A DNA stretch of 63,972 nt, the filler included, from Thermoplasmatota archaeon (lineage in GTDB: Archaea > Thermoplasmatota > E2 > JACPAO01 > JAHFTW01), in the NCBI GenBank assembly GCA_041623215.1. It is 8 parts of 8 records of this genome, joined end to end, with 100 filler letters (N's around TTAATTAATTAA, not from the genome) between each part and the next. Parts side by side here need not be neighbours in the genome. Positions count along the whole stretch, not along the records: positions 25,292 to 33,306 come from JBFJXH010000074.1; positions 33,407 to 41,267 come from JBFJXH010000075.1; 6 more parts are not named here. One strand, 5' to 3'. A model generated the notes under the pieces. The model searched no databases and was not told the DNA's origin. It saw only the letters and a program-made list of their open reading frames with translations. The number at the start of each line of letters is the position of its first letter. The first letter of the stretch is position 1. The position numbers were made by a program, and so were the translations under genes. Shown here in pieces: positions 27,758 to 37,960 of the stretch.

Positions 27758-28788
27758 GGGTCGCCCCCGGATGGCTTTCGAAGCTTAGCAACAAAGAAGC
27801 CCAGGGTCGGATGGATACCGGGGAAGAAGCGGCGACACCGGTCCATGACGGGGTCCAATTCCAAGCCGGGCCATTCCGTCACGCCATGGGCCAAAGGCAC
27901 GTCGCCGCACCGGTCGAAGGGCAGCGGTTCCAGGTGGTAGCCGTGGTTCAACATGCGCTGCACCATGCCTTCATTCTCCTCCGGACCAAGGGTGCAGGTG
28001 GCATACACCAGCGTGCCGCCCGGCTTCAGCACCGCGTCGGCAGCTGCCAGCAGGGATTGCTGCGTGGGCGTCACTTGAGCCACCTCTTCGATGCGGCCGC
28101 GGCGACGCTTCGGGTCCTTGGGCATGGTGCCTTCGCCCGTGCATGGTGCATCCAGTAGCACCCGGTCGGCAAACGGTTCGCCCCCCGCCAAGCCGGGCAA
28201 TTCCTCGCCCCGCCTCTGAAGAATCACGGGACACGTCGCCCCGGCGCGCTCAAGATTGAAGCGAAGGGCCCTGACGCGGGCCGGTTCTGGGTCCACACAC
28301 ACCAAGGCGCCTCGGTCTTCCAGGTCGCCGGCAATGTGGAGGGACTTGACGCCGGGAGCCGCCGCAAGGTCCACAACCACCTCGCCTCGCTGGGTCCCGA
28401 GTGCCAAGCCGGCGCTGGCACTTGCCAAGTCCTGCGGCGTCGTCATGCCAAGCAAATGTTCCAGGGTCGCACCAGGACTAAGCGGTGCGTGCATGACCTG
28501 CAGCACATTGGGGTCGAGGTCGGTCTTGGCAAATTCAAAGCCACGAGCCTCCAGCCGCTTGCGAGCCTCGTTTACGTCGGCCCGAAGCGGGTTGACACGA
28601 ATGTAACGCGGAGGACGTCGGAGCAAGCCATCGAGCGTCGCCTTGGGGCGAGGGGACACTTTGGCAATGCGGGCGGCCATCCACTCGGAGACGCCGCGCG
28701 CACGCGCCCACTCACGCACCTTGGGCGAGGCCGGCACGCGAGCGGCCGGAATGGGCGCCGGCGAATCCAGGCTCTGGGTCTCAGGCAT
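27754..28788 (-). CDS. RsmB/NOP2 family RNA m5C methyltransferase
   Basis: IRVN, QDLAS, DLAAAPG, DRVLLDAPCTGEG, LVYATCT..PEENE, GFFVAKL. Confidence 0.93.
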   Translation of the reverse strand: MPETQSLDSPAPIPAARVPASPKVREWARARGVSEWMAARIAKVSPRPKATLDGLLRRPPRYIRVNPLRADVNEARKRLEARGFEFAKTDLDPNVLQVMHAPLSPGATLEHLLGMTTPQDLASASAGLALGTQRGEVVVDLAAAPGVKSLHIAGDLEDRGALVCVDPEPARVRALRFNLERAGATCPVILQRRGEELPGLAGGEPFADRVLLDAPCTGEGTMPKDPKRRRGRIEEVAQVTPTQQSLLAAADAVLKPGGTLVYATCTLGPEENEGMVQRMLNHGYHLEPLPFDRCGDVPLAHGVTEWPGLELDPVMDRCRRFFPGIHPTLGFFVAKLRKPSGGDP

Positions 28789-29440
28789 GGCTCACCACAT
28801 GGTAGACGAAACCGTCGCCGCGTTGGCCTTCGATGTTTCCCGATGGGTCGGCCACGAGGCGGTTCCAGGTGCGCATGTCCGTGACATCCTGCAAGCCAAG
28901 CAAACTGCCTTCGCGCGTCGTTTGCGCCGTGGCGACGGCCACCACGCTGGTTCGGCTGATGCCGTCATGCCACGCTTCGCCAAGGATGCGTACCGATTCG
29001 CCGTCGGCAAAAACGCCGCTTGTGCCTTGTACCGTGCCCCGGCGCGTGAACCACTGACTCGTAGCGCCACCCGCCGTCGTGCGTGTGCCATCGGAACTGT
29101 GCCCCGTGTCAAGGTCAATGCCTTCTTCGACGGCAAACCGTTCGACGGCGTCCTCGGCGCGGGCCAGAAGTTCCTCCACTTGCAGTCGGGACAAGCCGCG
29201 AATGGAAAACACCACTAGCACGCCGGTAAAGGGTGGCTCTTGGTCGGCCGACGGTTCGAAACTGTAGCGCGTCGAGGTCACTTTGCCGGCAAGGATGGAG
29301 CCTTCCGTCTGCGAGACGCGGGTTTCCCAGGCCGGATGGTGCGCTAGCACATCCGGGTCCACATGGGCCATGAACGGGTCCAGACACCCGGGGGACGCGA
29401 TTGCGCCGATGACGAGAAGTGCCAAGGCCCATCGCTGCAC
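28781..29440 (-). CDS. Putative lipoprotein
   Basis: Hydrophobic leader ending IASPGC; GTG start inferred. Confidence 0.65.
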   Translation of the reverse strand: MQRWALALLVIGAIASPGCLDPFMAHVDPDVLAHHPAWETRVSQTEGSILAGKVTSTRYSFEPSADQEPPFTGVLVVFSIRGLSRLQVEELLARAEDAVERFAVEEGIDLDTGHSSDGTRTTAGGATSQWFTRRGTVQGTSGVFADGESVRILGEAWHDGISRTSVVAVATAQTTREGSLLGLQDVTDMRTWNRLVADPSGNIEGQRGDGFVYHVVSHA

Positions 29441-29488
29441 AGGCGGTCGAGGCGACGATGCCTTTAGGACGTTGGCGATGGAACCGCT

Positions 29489-30019
29489 GTGCTTGAAGTG
29501 GAAGTGAAACTGTGGTTGGACGACGTTGAGGCGCTCCGATCGCGGCTTCGCGAAACAGGTGCCACGGAGCACGGCACCACCCACGAAGAGGACATCTACT
29601 TCCGGCATCCCTGCAGGGACTTTGCCGCCACGGACGAGGCCCTACGCATCCGTAACGGTAGCATCTTGACCTACAAGGGGCCCCGCGATGCGGCCGCCGA
29701 GGTCAAGGTCCGAGCCGAGCACGAATTGCCCGTTCCCGACGAGGCAGCTTGCCGGGCGCTTCTGGCGGGGCTGGGCTTCGAGGCGGCGGCAACGGTCCGA
29801 AAGCACCGTGCCACCTTCCACCTCGATGGCGTCGTGGTCACCCTCGACCACTTGGAGGATGTGGGTCACTTTGCCGAGATTGAAGTTGTGGGGGCGGACG
29901 CGCAAGCGGCCATCAAGCACATCGAACACATCCGTGAACAACTGGGACTCTCAGGTGCGCGCATGGAGCCAGCCAGCTACCTAGAACTGGCCATGGCTGC
30001 CAAGCGCGCCAAATCCTAG
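29489..30019 (+). CDS. cyaB: CYTH-domain protein (class IV adenylate cyclase-like)
   Basis: EVEVK, DIYF.HP.RDF..TDEALRIR, LTYKGP, SYLEL. Confidence 0.9.
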   Translation: MLEVEVKLWLDDVEALRSRLRETGATEHGTTHEEDIYFRHPCRDFAATDEALRIRNGSILTYKGPRDAAAEVKVRAEHELPVPDEAACRALLAGLGFEAAATVRKHRATFHLDGVVVTLDHLEDVGHFAEIEVVGADAQAAIKHIEHIREQLGLSGARMEPASYLELAMAAKRAKS

Positions 30020-30047
30020 GCCCCGTGCCGCCGCGCGTCGTTAGCCT

Positions 30048-30449
30048 CTACGCTTCAACGCGGATGTCGGCCACAACGACGGGGCAGCTTAGGACGCGAC
30101 TGATGGTGCACACCTTGTCGGTCATGCGGGTCACGGTTTCCGCTTGCTTGTCGTCGATGCCACGAAGTGTCCAGCGAAGGCGCACCTCGCTGATGTCGTC
30201 CGCGTCATCAAACACCAGGTCGCCGTCCAGCCGCACCACTTCCGCCTCGGGCATGCGGCGCTTGTCGGCGACCTTGCGAAACGTACTGAGTTGGCACGAC
30301 AACAGGGCGACGAGCAAATGCTCGCTTGCCATGGCGCCTGTGTCCTTGCCGCCAAACTCCGCTGGTTTGTCTTGCACAATGACGTGGTCTCGAGCTGTGA
30401 CGGCGGCGCTAACGGGGGACCGGGGTGTGGCAAACGCGCTTTCAATCAT
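30048..30449 (-). CDS. OsmC family protein
   Basis: QDKP.EFGG.DTG....EHLL.AL.SC and KVCTISRVL cysteine pair. Confidence 0.85.
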   Translation of the reverse strand: MIESAFATPRSPVSAAVTARDHVIVQDKPAEFGGKDTGAMASEHLLVALLSCQLSTFRKVADKRRMPEAEVVRLDGDLVFDDADDISEVRLRWTLRGIDDKQAETVTRMTDKVCTISRVLSCPVVVADIRVEA

Positions 30450-30507
30450 GGCTGCGGCAATGGTGCTGGACTTGTTGAAACCCGCGCCTGCCTGTGGCGC
30501 TTGGCCG

Positions 30508-31647
30508 TCAGGCGGGGGGCTCTTTGGCGACGCGCACCATGCGGGTTTCCCCGTACCCGCACGTGATGCGTAAAAAATCCGGGGCGGCCGCGTCAAAGGC
30601 CGGGTCGCCCGAGTCGATGTGAATCGACCGCAGGCCAACCAATTTCTCTGGTGGCGCGGCGATGTGGATGTGGCTCCAGCCAATGGCCGCCAGCGCGTCC
30701 GGGGGCAGCACTTGGGTGCCACGGCCAAGCAGGACACCTTGGCCACCAATCAGCGACAACAAGATTCGAACCGGTTTGCCGGCGGCCTGGGACTCGGCCA
30801 CGAGTTGACGAACTTGATGGGCTGCCAAATCGTTCGCCACCAGGCGATTGCCGGAAATGGCATCAACACCCAGCAGGGTCGGTTCCCCCCAAAACTGCGC
30901 CTTGACCGCACGGCACACAGCGCCGGCGCCAACGAGCCACACCGCATCGGCGTCCCAATCGCGAAGGACTTGCTCTACGAGGCCTTCCAAGTCGGTCTCC
31001 ACGGTGGTCGCCACCTTCCCCCCCTGGACCGCCGGCGACAGCGGCACGCGCAAGGCGCCCGTTAGATGGGTGTCGAGGCGTCCGTCGCGGTACGCGTCTT
31101 CGTCGAGGTCCGTAACGTCGCGCACCGTGCATTCAAAGCCGGGTGCCAAACGATTCACAAGCCATGCAGCCTCGTCCAGGTCGTGGGCGAACACGGGGCT
31201 CGTAATCTTGACGCCAGCTGGAATGCCGAGGCATGGGATGCCGGCTTTGCCGCCTGCGGGAGTGCCCGGTCCGAGGGTGTTGGCAACATCGGTGGCGGTG
31301 CCGTCGCCGCCAAGAAAGCATACCAAGTCCACGTCGGCTGTTGCAAGAGCTTGGCAGACGCGCTTGGTGTCGTCGGCCGTAGTGGTGCCCAGCTCGAAGG
31401 TCTCATCGGCAAGGACCAAGGTGGGCTCAGCCACGTCGGCCTCCGCTAACGCCGACGCGCCCATGGCTCCGGGGGCCGCGACCCACGTAACGTCTGAATT
31501 TACGGCGGCAAGGAAGCGCTTGGCACGCGCCGGGGCCGTGGCAGCGGCGCCATCTGCCAGCAAGCGCGCGCCTTCGCTGTCGCTGCCTTTGGCTGCCGCC
31601 GGGCCGCCGATACCGGCTAGCGGATTGACGACGAGGCCAAGGCGCAC
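30508..31647 (-). CDS. ATP-NAD/AcoX kinase family protein
   Basis: GLVVNPLAGIGG, GGDGTATD, GIPAGVKI.S.VF, GGQG.LLGRG.Q. Confidence 0.88.
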   Translation of the reverse strand: MRLGLVVNPLAGIGGPAAAKGSDSEGARLLADGAAATAPARAKRFLAAVNSDVTWVAAPGAMGASALAEADVAEPTLVLADETFELGTTTADDTKRVCQALATADVDLVCFLGGDGTATDVANTLGPGTPAGGKAGIPCLGIPAGVKITSPVFAHDLDEAAWLVNRLAPGFECTVRDVTDLDEDAYRDGRLDTHLTGALRVPLSPAVQGGKVATTVETDLEGLVEQVLRDWDADAVWLVGAGAVCRAVKAQFWGEPTLLGVDAISGNRLVANDLAAHQVRQLVAESQAAGKPVRILLSLIGGQGVLLGRGTQVLPPDALAAIGWSHIHIAAPPEKLVGLRSIHIDSGDPAFDAAAPDFLRITCGYGETRMVRVAKEPPA

Positions 31648-31686
31648 GACCCTGCCTATCCGGGCCTGTTCATGACCGTGCCGGGG

Positions 31687-32106
31687 CTAGGCGTTTAGGT
31701 GGGCCCGCAACTTCCAAGCATGCTCGTGATGGGCTCGGATTCGTTCAATGGCCAAATCGGCGCTCCCCGGATCCCCTTCCCGCGTGCAATGTTCCTCAAG
31801 GCCATGCAGGAGGGCCAAGAGTCGGTCATGGCCTGCCACCACGGCCTCCACCATGGTCTGCCAGTCGCCGCTCACGGTGGGGGCCTCCGAAGCCAACGTG
31901 TTGGCCGGAACCATGTGTCCCAAGTGCCGGTGGCGCTCCGCTAACATGTCGAGGCCCAAGCCAATCTCATCGTATTGCTCACCCAGCAATTCATGCAGAG
32001 CGATGAAATTTGGTCCCGTGATGTTCCAATGCGCTAGCTGAATGGCAAGGCGAAGATGGTGGGTGGCTTCGATGGCATCCGGCAACGTTGCGGCGGCGTT
32101 AGACAT
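31687..32106 (-). CDS. dps: Dps-family ferritin-like protein
   Basis: HWNITGPNFIALHELLGEQY, DMLAER, HAWKLR. Confidence 0.92.
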   Translation of the reverse strand: MSNAAATLPDAIEATHHLRLAIQLAHWNITGPNFIALHELLGEQYDEIGLGLDMLAERHRHLGHMVPANTLASEAPTVSGDWQTMVEAVVAGHDRLLALLHGLEEHCTREGDPGSADLAIERIRAHHEHAWKLRAHLNA

Positions 32107-32210
32107 GGAGGGTTCACCTGAGGCACCGCCAACTTGGCGCAGTGCCGCTCTCCTTTGAACCTGGACACATAAAACGTGTCGCCCAGCGCCCCGGGTCGAC
32201 CCAAGTTGCT

Positions 32211-33305
32211 TCAGCCTTCGATGCGGTCCATGGTATGCCACCGCAGCACTGGCTTGCGGGCCGCAGTTGCTTCGTCCAGGCGACGCACCGGCGTCGTAAT
32301 CGGCGCGCGCTTGACTTCGGCGGGGTCACTGGCCGCGATGTCCTTGACGGCGGCAACAAAGCGGTCCAATTCCTCCTTCGACTCCGATTCTGTTGGCTCG
32401 AACATCAATGCCTCCTCTACGATGAGAGGGAAGTACACCGTGGGGGCGTGCATGCCTCGGTCTAGAAGCGCCTTACCCACGTCGCCGGCCGTGATGCCGG
32501 TTCGCTCCTTCAGGCCTGCCGCCGAGGCGACAAATTCATGCTTATTGGGGCCGGGGTGGGGAAAGTCAAGGGTATCGCCTAGCTGGTGCTTGACGTAGTT
32601 GGCGTTCAAGACGGCGATTTCGGCTGCCCGCCGGATGCCGTCACGGCCGAGTAGACACATGTAGGTGTAAGCTCGAATCAACGCGGCCGACTGGCCGTAA
32701 TGCCCCTTCACTTTGCCAATGGTTTGGGGGTGCTGCTCGGCAAATTCGACATCGAACGACCCGTCGGTGTCCTTGACGATGCGGGGCACCGGTAGGAAGG
32801 GTCGCAGGAATGCCTTGACGCCAACCGGGCCGCTGCCGGGTCCACCGCCGCCGTGGGGGACGGCGTAGGTCTTGTGGAGGTTGATGTGGACCATGTCGAA
32901 GCCCATGTCGCCGGGGCGCGCAATGCCTTGGATGGCCTGGAGATTGGCGCCGTCGTAATACAAGAGGCCGCCGGCTTCGTGGACAATCTTGGCGATTTGC
33001 TCGATGTCCGCCTCAAACAATCCCAGGGTGTTGGGGTTGGTGAGCATGAACAGGGCGGTCCTGTCGGACACCGCAGCCCGCAGGGCATCCAAATCCACGC
33101 GGCCATCGGGGCCCGATGCAAACTCCACGACCTTGTAGCCAGCCATGCCAGCGGTTGCCGGATTGGTGCCGTGCGCGGTGTCGGGCAGAATCACTTCGTC
33201 GCGGTGCCCTTCGCCGCGCGACTCGTGGTAGGCGCGCGCCAACAAGCAACCCAAGAATTCGCCTTGCGCCCCCGCTGCCGGTTGCAAGGTCACGGCGTCC
33301 ATGCC
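32211..33305 (-). CDS. gcvPB: Glycine dehydrogenase subunit 2, 5'-truncated
   Basis: QPAAGAQGE, AHGTNPA, TNPNTLG, HINLHKT...PHGGGGPG, EPTESE. Confidence 0.95.
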   Translation of the reverse strand, partial: GMDAVTLQPAAGAQGEFLGCLLARAYHESRGEGHRDEVILPDTAHGTNPATAGMAGYKVVEFASGPDGRVDLDALRAAVSDRTALFMLTNPNTLGLFEADIEQIAKIVHEAGGLLYYDGANLQAIQGIARPGDMGFDMVHINLHKTYAVPHGGGGPGSGPVGVKAFLRPFLPVPRIVKDTDGSFDVEFAEQHPQTIGKVKGHYGQSAALIRAYTYMCLLGRDGIRRAAEIAVLNANYVKHQLGDTLDFPHPGPNKHEFVASAAGLKERTGITAGDVGKALLDRGMHAPTVYFPLIVEEALMFEPTESESKEELDRFVAAVKDIAASDPAEVKRAPITTPVRRLDEATAARKPVLRWHTMDRIEG

Positions 33306-33306
33306 G

Positions 33307-33406
33307 NNNNNNNNNNNNNNNNNNNNNNNNNNNNNNNNNNNNNNNNNNNNTTAATTAATTAANNNNNNNNNNNNNNNNNNNNNNNNNNNNNNNNNNNNNN
33401 NNNNNN
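33307..33406. other. Artificial contig linker
   Basis: N44-TTAATTAATTAA-N44. Confidence 0.99.
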
Positions 33407-34541
33407 TGTGTCGCTGGCTGGCGGTCAAGTGCGTTGCACTGGGGAAGGTTTCGATTTGGCGGCCCTGGGTGTCTTCGACCCAGGCGGCCATGCGCGTCGA
33501 GTCACCGAAGGTGCTGAAGCTGCTAGGGTAGAGCTTCTTGTCAGCGTGCAGGATGGCTGCACCTTCGGGCATAGTAACATCAATGCCGATTCGTTGGCCG
33601 GCCTTCAGCTGGATTGGGTCGGGTGATACGTTGGGGATGCCGAGCTTCAGGCTGCCTTTGTAGACGCTTACAGGCCCCGTCCCGACGGTATCGTCAGCCG
33701 TGTTCGCGTTGGGTCGAAAATCGACGAACAGCTCCGGTTCGTGGCGTTCCAACACCATGGTGGCGTAGGAGTCGTGTACATCACAAGGCAGAACGGCGGA
33801 ACCGCCCTCCCAGCAGCTGGGATTTGCATCGATGCGGGTTCCGTCCACGTCAATGATGTGTACGCCGACGTGGAGTTCGCTCGAAGTGGCCATGGCGCCA
33901 GCGAGCGAGGTGGCGTAGAACACCGCTTCCAGATCGGTAATCGTGTGGCATGGGTCCACGAGAGGGTCGAAGCCGGAGGCCGCCGGACATTTTGCCGTGA
34001 GGGGCGTGGGCAAGTCGAACGTTGCCACGCTCGTTTGAAGGACGGTGTTTCCGCGGGCATCGGAATCGGCAAGGAATTGGTCCAAGGGATCGTAGATGCC
34101 ACTCACGTCTGGGATTTGTGGTCCATTGGCATCACGGCCAATGACGATGAACTTGTCCGTTTCGTGGCTCGGAGTTTCTGGACCTTGGAACGGTCCCAGA
34201 GGAACATGGAACTCAGCCGTCGGCTTTCGCAGGTCGAGTTGGAACCGGAAGTCCGGCTGGTAGGGGCCAACGGGGTCAATTTCGTCCGGTACCTCTTCTG
34301 GGTACTCGAGTTCGGTTGGGTCCACTTGCCCTGTGCCCACGCCGATGCGTCCGGGTGTGGCGATTTCCTGGCTGTGCAAGTAGAACGTCGTCCACTCGTG
34401 GCGGGTTTGCAGGTCGTCTCCCAGTTGGGCCAACAAATTGTCGACGGGGTTCTGGGCCGTGGCCGCCGGCGCCGTAACTAGTACGGTGGGGAGGGCCAAG
34501 AGCATCACTGTAACTGCCGTCATGAGGCGTCGAGTTTGCAT
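33407..34541 (-). CDS. Secreted hypothetical protein, 3'-truncated
   Basis: Signal peptide MQTRRLMTAVTVMLLALPTVLVTAPAATA; long open frame to the linker. Confidence 0.75.
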
Positions 34542-34622
34542 GATACACCTAAGTGTGGTTTGGGGAGGCCACGCTAGCACTCCCTTGCTACTCCCGTTCG
34601 TGGGATTGCCACTTTAAAGCGG

Positions 34623-37064
34623 TTATGGTCCGCGGGGGTGGCGTCGGGAGCCAATCCAGGCAACCGCGCCCAAGAGGGCCAGCACGGCTACCAAGCCGAC
34701 GCCTGGCGAGCCGTTGTCGCCGTCGCCGCCCGTTTCGTCCACGCCGGCGGGTCGAACGAGGCCCAATAGGACGTTCTTGCCAATGGAGCGTTCGCCGTCG
34801 CCTTGGCTGGTGACCTTGACCAGCATGGGCACGGTAACAGCGTCAGCGGCGTCGGCGGGCGGCTCGACGCGCACTTCAATGCGAACTTCGTCGCCTGGTT
34901 CCAAGTCGCGAACCACGGTGGAGCCTTCGTCGGCTGCCACCAGAACGCGCCAGCCCGAGGGCAGGCTGCCGGCCGTCAGGACGTAGGAGTCGCGGGCGTT
35001 GCCGAGGTTGGTCACGGTGACGTTGAAGGCGCCAAGGCCGCCAATGGGGACTTTGACGGAGCTGGGTGCTTCGAGGCCGGGTTGGAAACTGGCATCAACC
35101 GTGGCGGAAACGGTGGCGGTGAGGCCAGGCACTTCCGCGATGGTGAGGCGGGCCGTGGCGGTTTCGAGTTCCGCTGCGCCGTTGGGGGCGCGGATGTCCA
35201 CGTGGACGGTCTTGCTGCCGCCTCGCGGTACGTCCACCTTGGGTGGTGCGACAGAGGCCGTCCAGCCGGGCTGGTCAATGGTGACGCTGAGGGTGGCGGT
35301 TTGCGCGTCGTTGCCGTTGTTGGAGATGACGACGGGGAAGCTGGCAAAGCCACCTGCTTGGACCGCCAGGCTGGCAGGGCCGTTGACGGCCATGGCGAGG
35401 TCGGAAACGAACGGAACTGAAACGTCAATGCGCTTGGAGGCGCTGCCGCCACTGGCCAGCGTGTGGTTAATCCACACGGGGAACGTGCCTGGGGTCTGGT
35501 CGGCGGCGACGACAAAGTGGGCTTTGACGGTGGCCGAGTCGCCGGCTCCCAAGCCCAGGTCACTTTGCGTCAAGTCAAGGGCGTCCTTCGACAAGTTGAG
35601 GAACCAGTTTTCGGGGCCATCAATGGTGAAGGAAATGGTCTCGTCACGGTTGCCGCGGTTGTTCACGGTGAGGCTGACGTCCTTGCCTTCCTTGGGGGCA
35701 ATGTCCACGGTGCCCGCGGCTTCCAAGCGAACATCGTGCGATGCCTGGTAGACAACGACCTTTCCGCCGGCGACGATTGCAATGAGGTCTGCGGGGGCAT
35801 CCATGGAGAGGTCGGTAATGGTGCTGGAACGGGTGTCGCTCCACAGGCGGTCCAAGCCATTGTCACTGACACCGAACAAGTGCAGGGTGCTCTTGGTGCT
35901 GCCACTGGCTGTGGCGGTCGACACGACGGCCACGTAGGCGCCATCACGGCTGAATTGAACGTCGTCAATGGTGCCGGTGAAGCGGACCTTGTCGGAAAGG
36001 AGAATCATCTTCTCCGCGGCGCTGCCGTCAATGGCGAAGAACCGAACCACGCCTGAGTCGTCGCCCATGACGGCGTACTTGCCGTCGCTGGAGATGTCGC
36101 CGGCAGTCTGGGCCCGGCTGGTGAGCTTCATGCCAAACTGGAGCTTCTCGGCGTTGTTGTCCTGGTAGATGTTGATCTTGCCAGACTCGAAGCCGGTGAC
36201 GCTCCAGTAAGGGTGGACATCGGCCACGCCAATGGCGCGCGCGTCGCTGTCGGTTTGGGTGTCGGTTTGCGCAACGCCGTCATTGAGGCGGATGAATCGG
36301 TGCGATTCGTCGGCCGCGACGACGATGCGTTGGCCGTCGCTGCTGAAGTCTAAGTCTGCGGGGGCACCGGGCAATCCAGTTCGCGCCCAATCTGGCTGGC
36401 CATCGGTGACGCCGAACGGGAAGGCGTAGACGTTGGTGGTGGTCCGCAGCTGGGCGCTCAATTGCGTGAGTGCGATGACGGAAATTCCTTGGTCATCCAT
36501 GGCGAGATGCTTGATGGCACCCTCAATGGTTGCCGTGCGGGCCCCGCCTTGCTGATCCAAGAAGGTCACGAGCGAGCGAGCGTTTTGGCCGCCGTTGTCG
36601 CCGCCAGAGATGAGGCCGCCTACAGCGAAGCGTTGGCCGTTGGCGCTCATGGCGACGAGGCCAGCTGGCGTACTGCAGTCCTCGCTGGCATCGAAGCCCT
36701 GCGTGAAGACGTCACTGCAACTGGGTGGGTCGGCACTGTTGAAGTCGCGGAGAGTACCGTCGCGCTGCCACAGATGCCACACGTCTACGTCCGGGCCCTT
36801 GCCGGGCGGGTATTCCACATCGCCTTCGCCAATGTTGATGCCGCCTTCTTCTGTGGAAGGCGTGTCGCCTAGGCTCCCTGGGTCGGTGGTTCCGCCAACC
36901 ATCCAGGCTCCGCCGGCGGCAACAGCTACCGAGAGGAACGTTGAGCCGGGGGCACCCTCGAGCTTGGGCTCGGCGCGTTCCCCGGGACCTGATGTTGCCA
37001 TGGCCAGGGAGGCCATGAGAAGCAGGAATATCGTGCCGACTGATATGGTGCCACGCAGGTGCAT
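34623..37064 (-). CDS. Surface protein: beta-propeller, three NEW3/CARDB-like Ig domains, SPGV-TM-RR tail
   Basis: Repeated D.S.DG blades; three V.N.GN..D/E units; tail NGSPGVGLVAVLALLGAVAWIGSRR. Confidence 0.85.
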   Translation of the reverse strand: MHLRGTISVGTIFLLLMASLAMATSGPGERAEPKLEGAPGSTFLSVAVAAGGAWMVGGTTDPGSLGDTPSTEEGGINIGEGDVEYPPGKGPDVDVWHLWQRDGTLRDFNSADPPSCSDVFTQGFDASEDCSTPAGLVAMSANGQRFAVGGLISGGDNGGQNARSLVTFLDQQGGARTATIEGAIKHLAMDDQGISVIALTQLSAQLRTTTNVYAFPFGVTDGQPDWARTGLPGAPADLDFSSDGQRIVVAADESHRFIRLNDGVAQTDTQTDSDARAIGVADVHPYWSVTGFESGKINIYQDNNAEKLQFGMKLTSRAQTAGDISSDGKYAVMGDDSGVVRFFAIDGSAAEKMILLSDKVRFTGTIDDVQFSRDGAYVAVVSTATASGSTKSTLHLFGVSDNGLDRLWSDTRSSTITDLSMDAPADLIAIVAGGKVVVYQASHDVRLEAAGTVDIAPKEGKDVSLTVNNRGNRDETISFTIDGPENWFLNLSKDALDLTQSDLGLGAGDSATVKAHFVVAADQTPGTFPVWINHTLASGGSASKRIDVSVPFVSDLAMAVNGPASLAVQAGGFASFPVVISNNGNDAQTATLSVTIDQPGWTASVAPPKVDVPRGGSKTVHVDIRAPNGAAELETATARLTIAEVPGLTATVSATVDASFQPGLEAPSSVKVPIGGLGAFNVTVTNLGNARDSYVLTAGSLPSGWRVLVAADEGSTVVRDLEPGDEVRIEVRVEPPADAADAVTVPMLVKVTSQGDGERSIGKNVLLGLVRPAGVDETGGDGDNGSPGVGLVAVLALLGAVAWIGSRRHPRGP

Positions 37065-37140
37065 CCGGGCCTCCATCCTCCTTACCACGGTAAAAAGGCA
37101 TTGTCTTCTTTCTAGAGGTATTGCCCCAACCCAACAAGCC

Positions 37141-37956
37141 TTAGCCTTGGTCCGTGAGGTGCCGTGCCATTCGGTGGCGAACGGCCGCCAAATTAGCGGC
37201 GTTGTCGAAATCCACGCGCCCCTCGGCGCCGCTTGGCGCTCCCGGATGGACCTCCCCGCTTTGCAGCGCGGCGGCCAGGAGCGTGGTGGCTCGGGTCAAC
37301 TCGTCCACAATGGTCACGTGGGCAGTCTTGGCGGTCCTAGAAAGCGGGTTCAAATCAATCGTAATCACGGTCTTGCCAGCCGCCCGGAGCGCTTCGCACC
37401 GGTCGCCATCCTCCAGGGGAACCACCACCACGTCGGCCCCTCCAATGCCTGCCTTGCAGCAAAGTGCACGGTCGCTTGCCAAGCCCGGGATGCGGTCATC
37501 CGGTTCACGGCCCAGAACGGTGCCAGGTGGCGCACCGGCCTCCTCGAGTGCGTCAATGAGTCGACTCATTCGCTCGGGCGTGCGGTGGAACAAGTTGACC
37601 TCGAGACCAAGGCCTGGCCACGATTTTGCAACCGCCAAGCATCCGGCTGCATCCAGCGCCACCACATTGCCGTTGAGGGACAGGACCGGTTGGCGGGCCT
37701 GCCGAATCAGCCGCGAAGCTTCAGCCACTGCCGCGTAAGCCTCAGGAGGGCTGTGCTCGCCAAGCAAATAGTCAAACGCCTCGCCGCGGCCATGCGCAAT
37801 GAGGCCCGTCGGGTGAACCAGGCCCGCTTCCACTGCTTGCTTCATCCGTTCTCGGGTCCGCAGGCTAGCGGCGCGCGGGTGGTCATCCGGAATGTTGGTT
37901 TCCCCGTCCGCTGCGGCAGCGGGCGGCGACCGCTCGTCCAATCCTGTGCCAGTCAT
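37141..37956 (-). CDS. Archaeal 4-phosphopantoate--beta-alanine ligase (phosphopantothenate synthetase)
   Basis: HPRA.SL..RE, GLIAHGRGEAFDYLLGE, VPLEDGDR, IDLNPLSRTA. Confidence 0.95.
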   Translation of the reverse strand: MTGTGLDERSPPAAAADGETNIPDDHPRAASLRTRERMKQAVEAGLVHPTGLIAHGRGEAFDYLLGEHSPPEAYAAVAEASRLIRQARQPVLSLNGNVVALDAAGCLAVAKSWPGLGLEVNLFHRTPERMSRLIDALEEAGAPPGTVLGREPDDRIPGLASDRALCCKAGIGGADVVVVPLEDGDRCEALRAAGKTVITIDLNPLSRTAKTAHVTIVDELTRATTLLAAALQSGEVHPGAPSGAEGRVDFDNAANLAAVRHRMARHLTDQG

Positions 37957-37960
37957 GGCG

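Noticed and set aside
9255..34582. CTAGCACTC at 9255-9263 and 34574-34582 resembling a CIRCE half-site
   Set aside because: No matching GAGTGCTAA nine nt away, and neither precedes a chaperone gene
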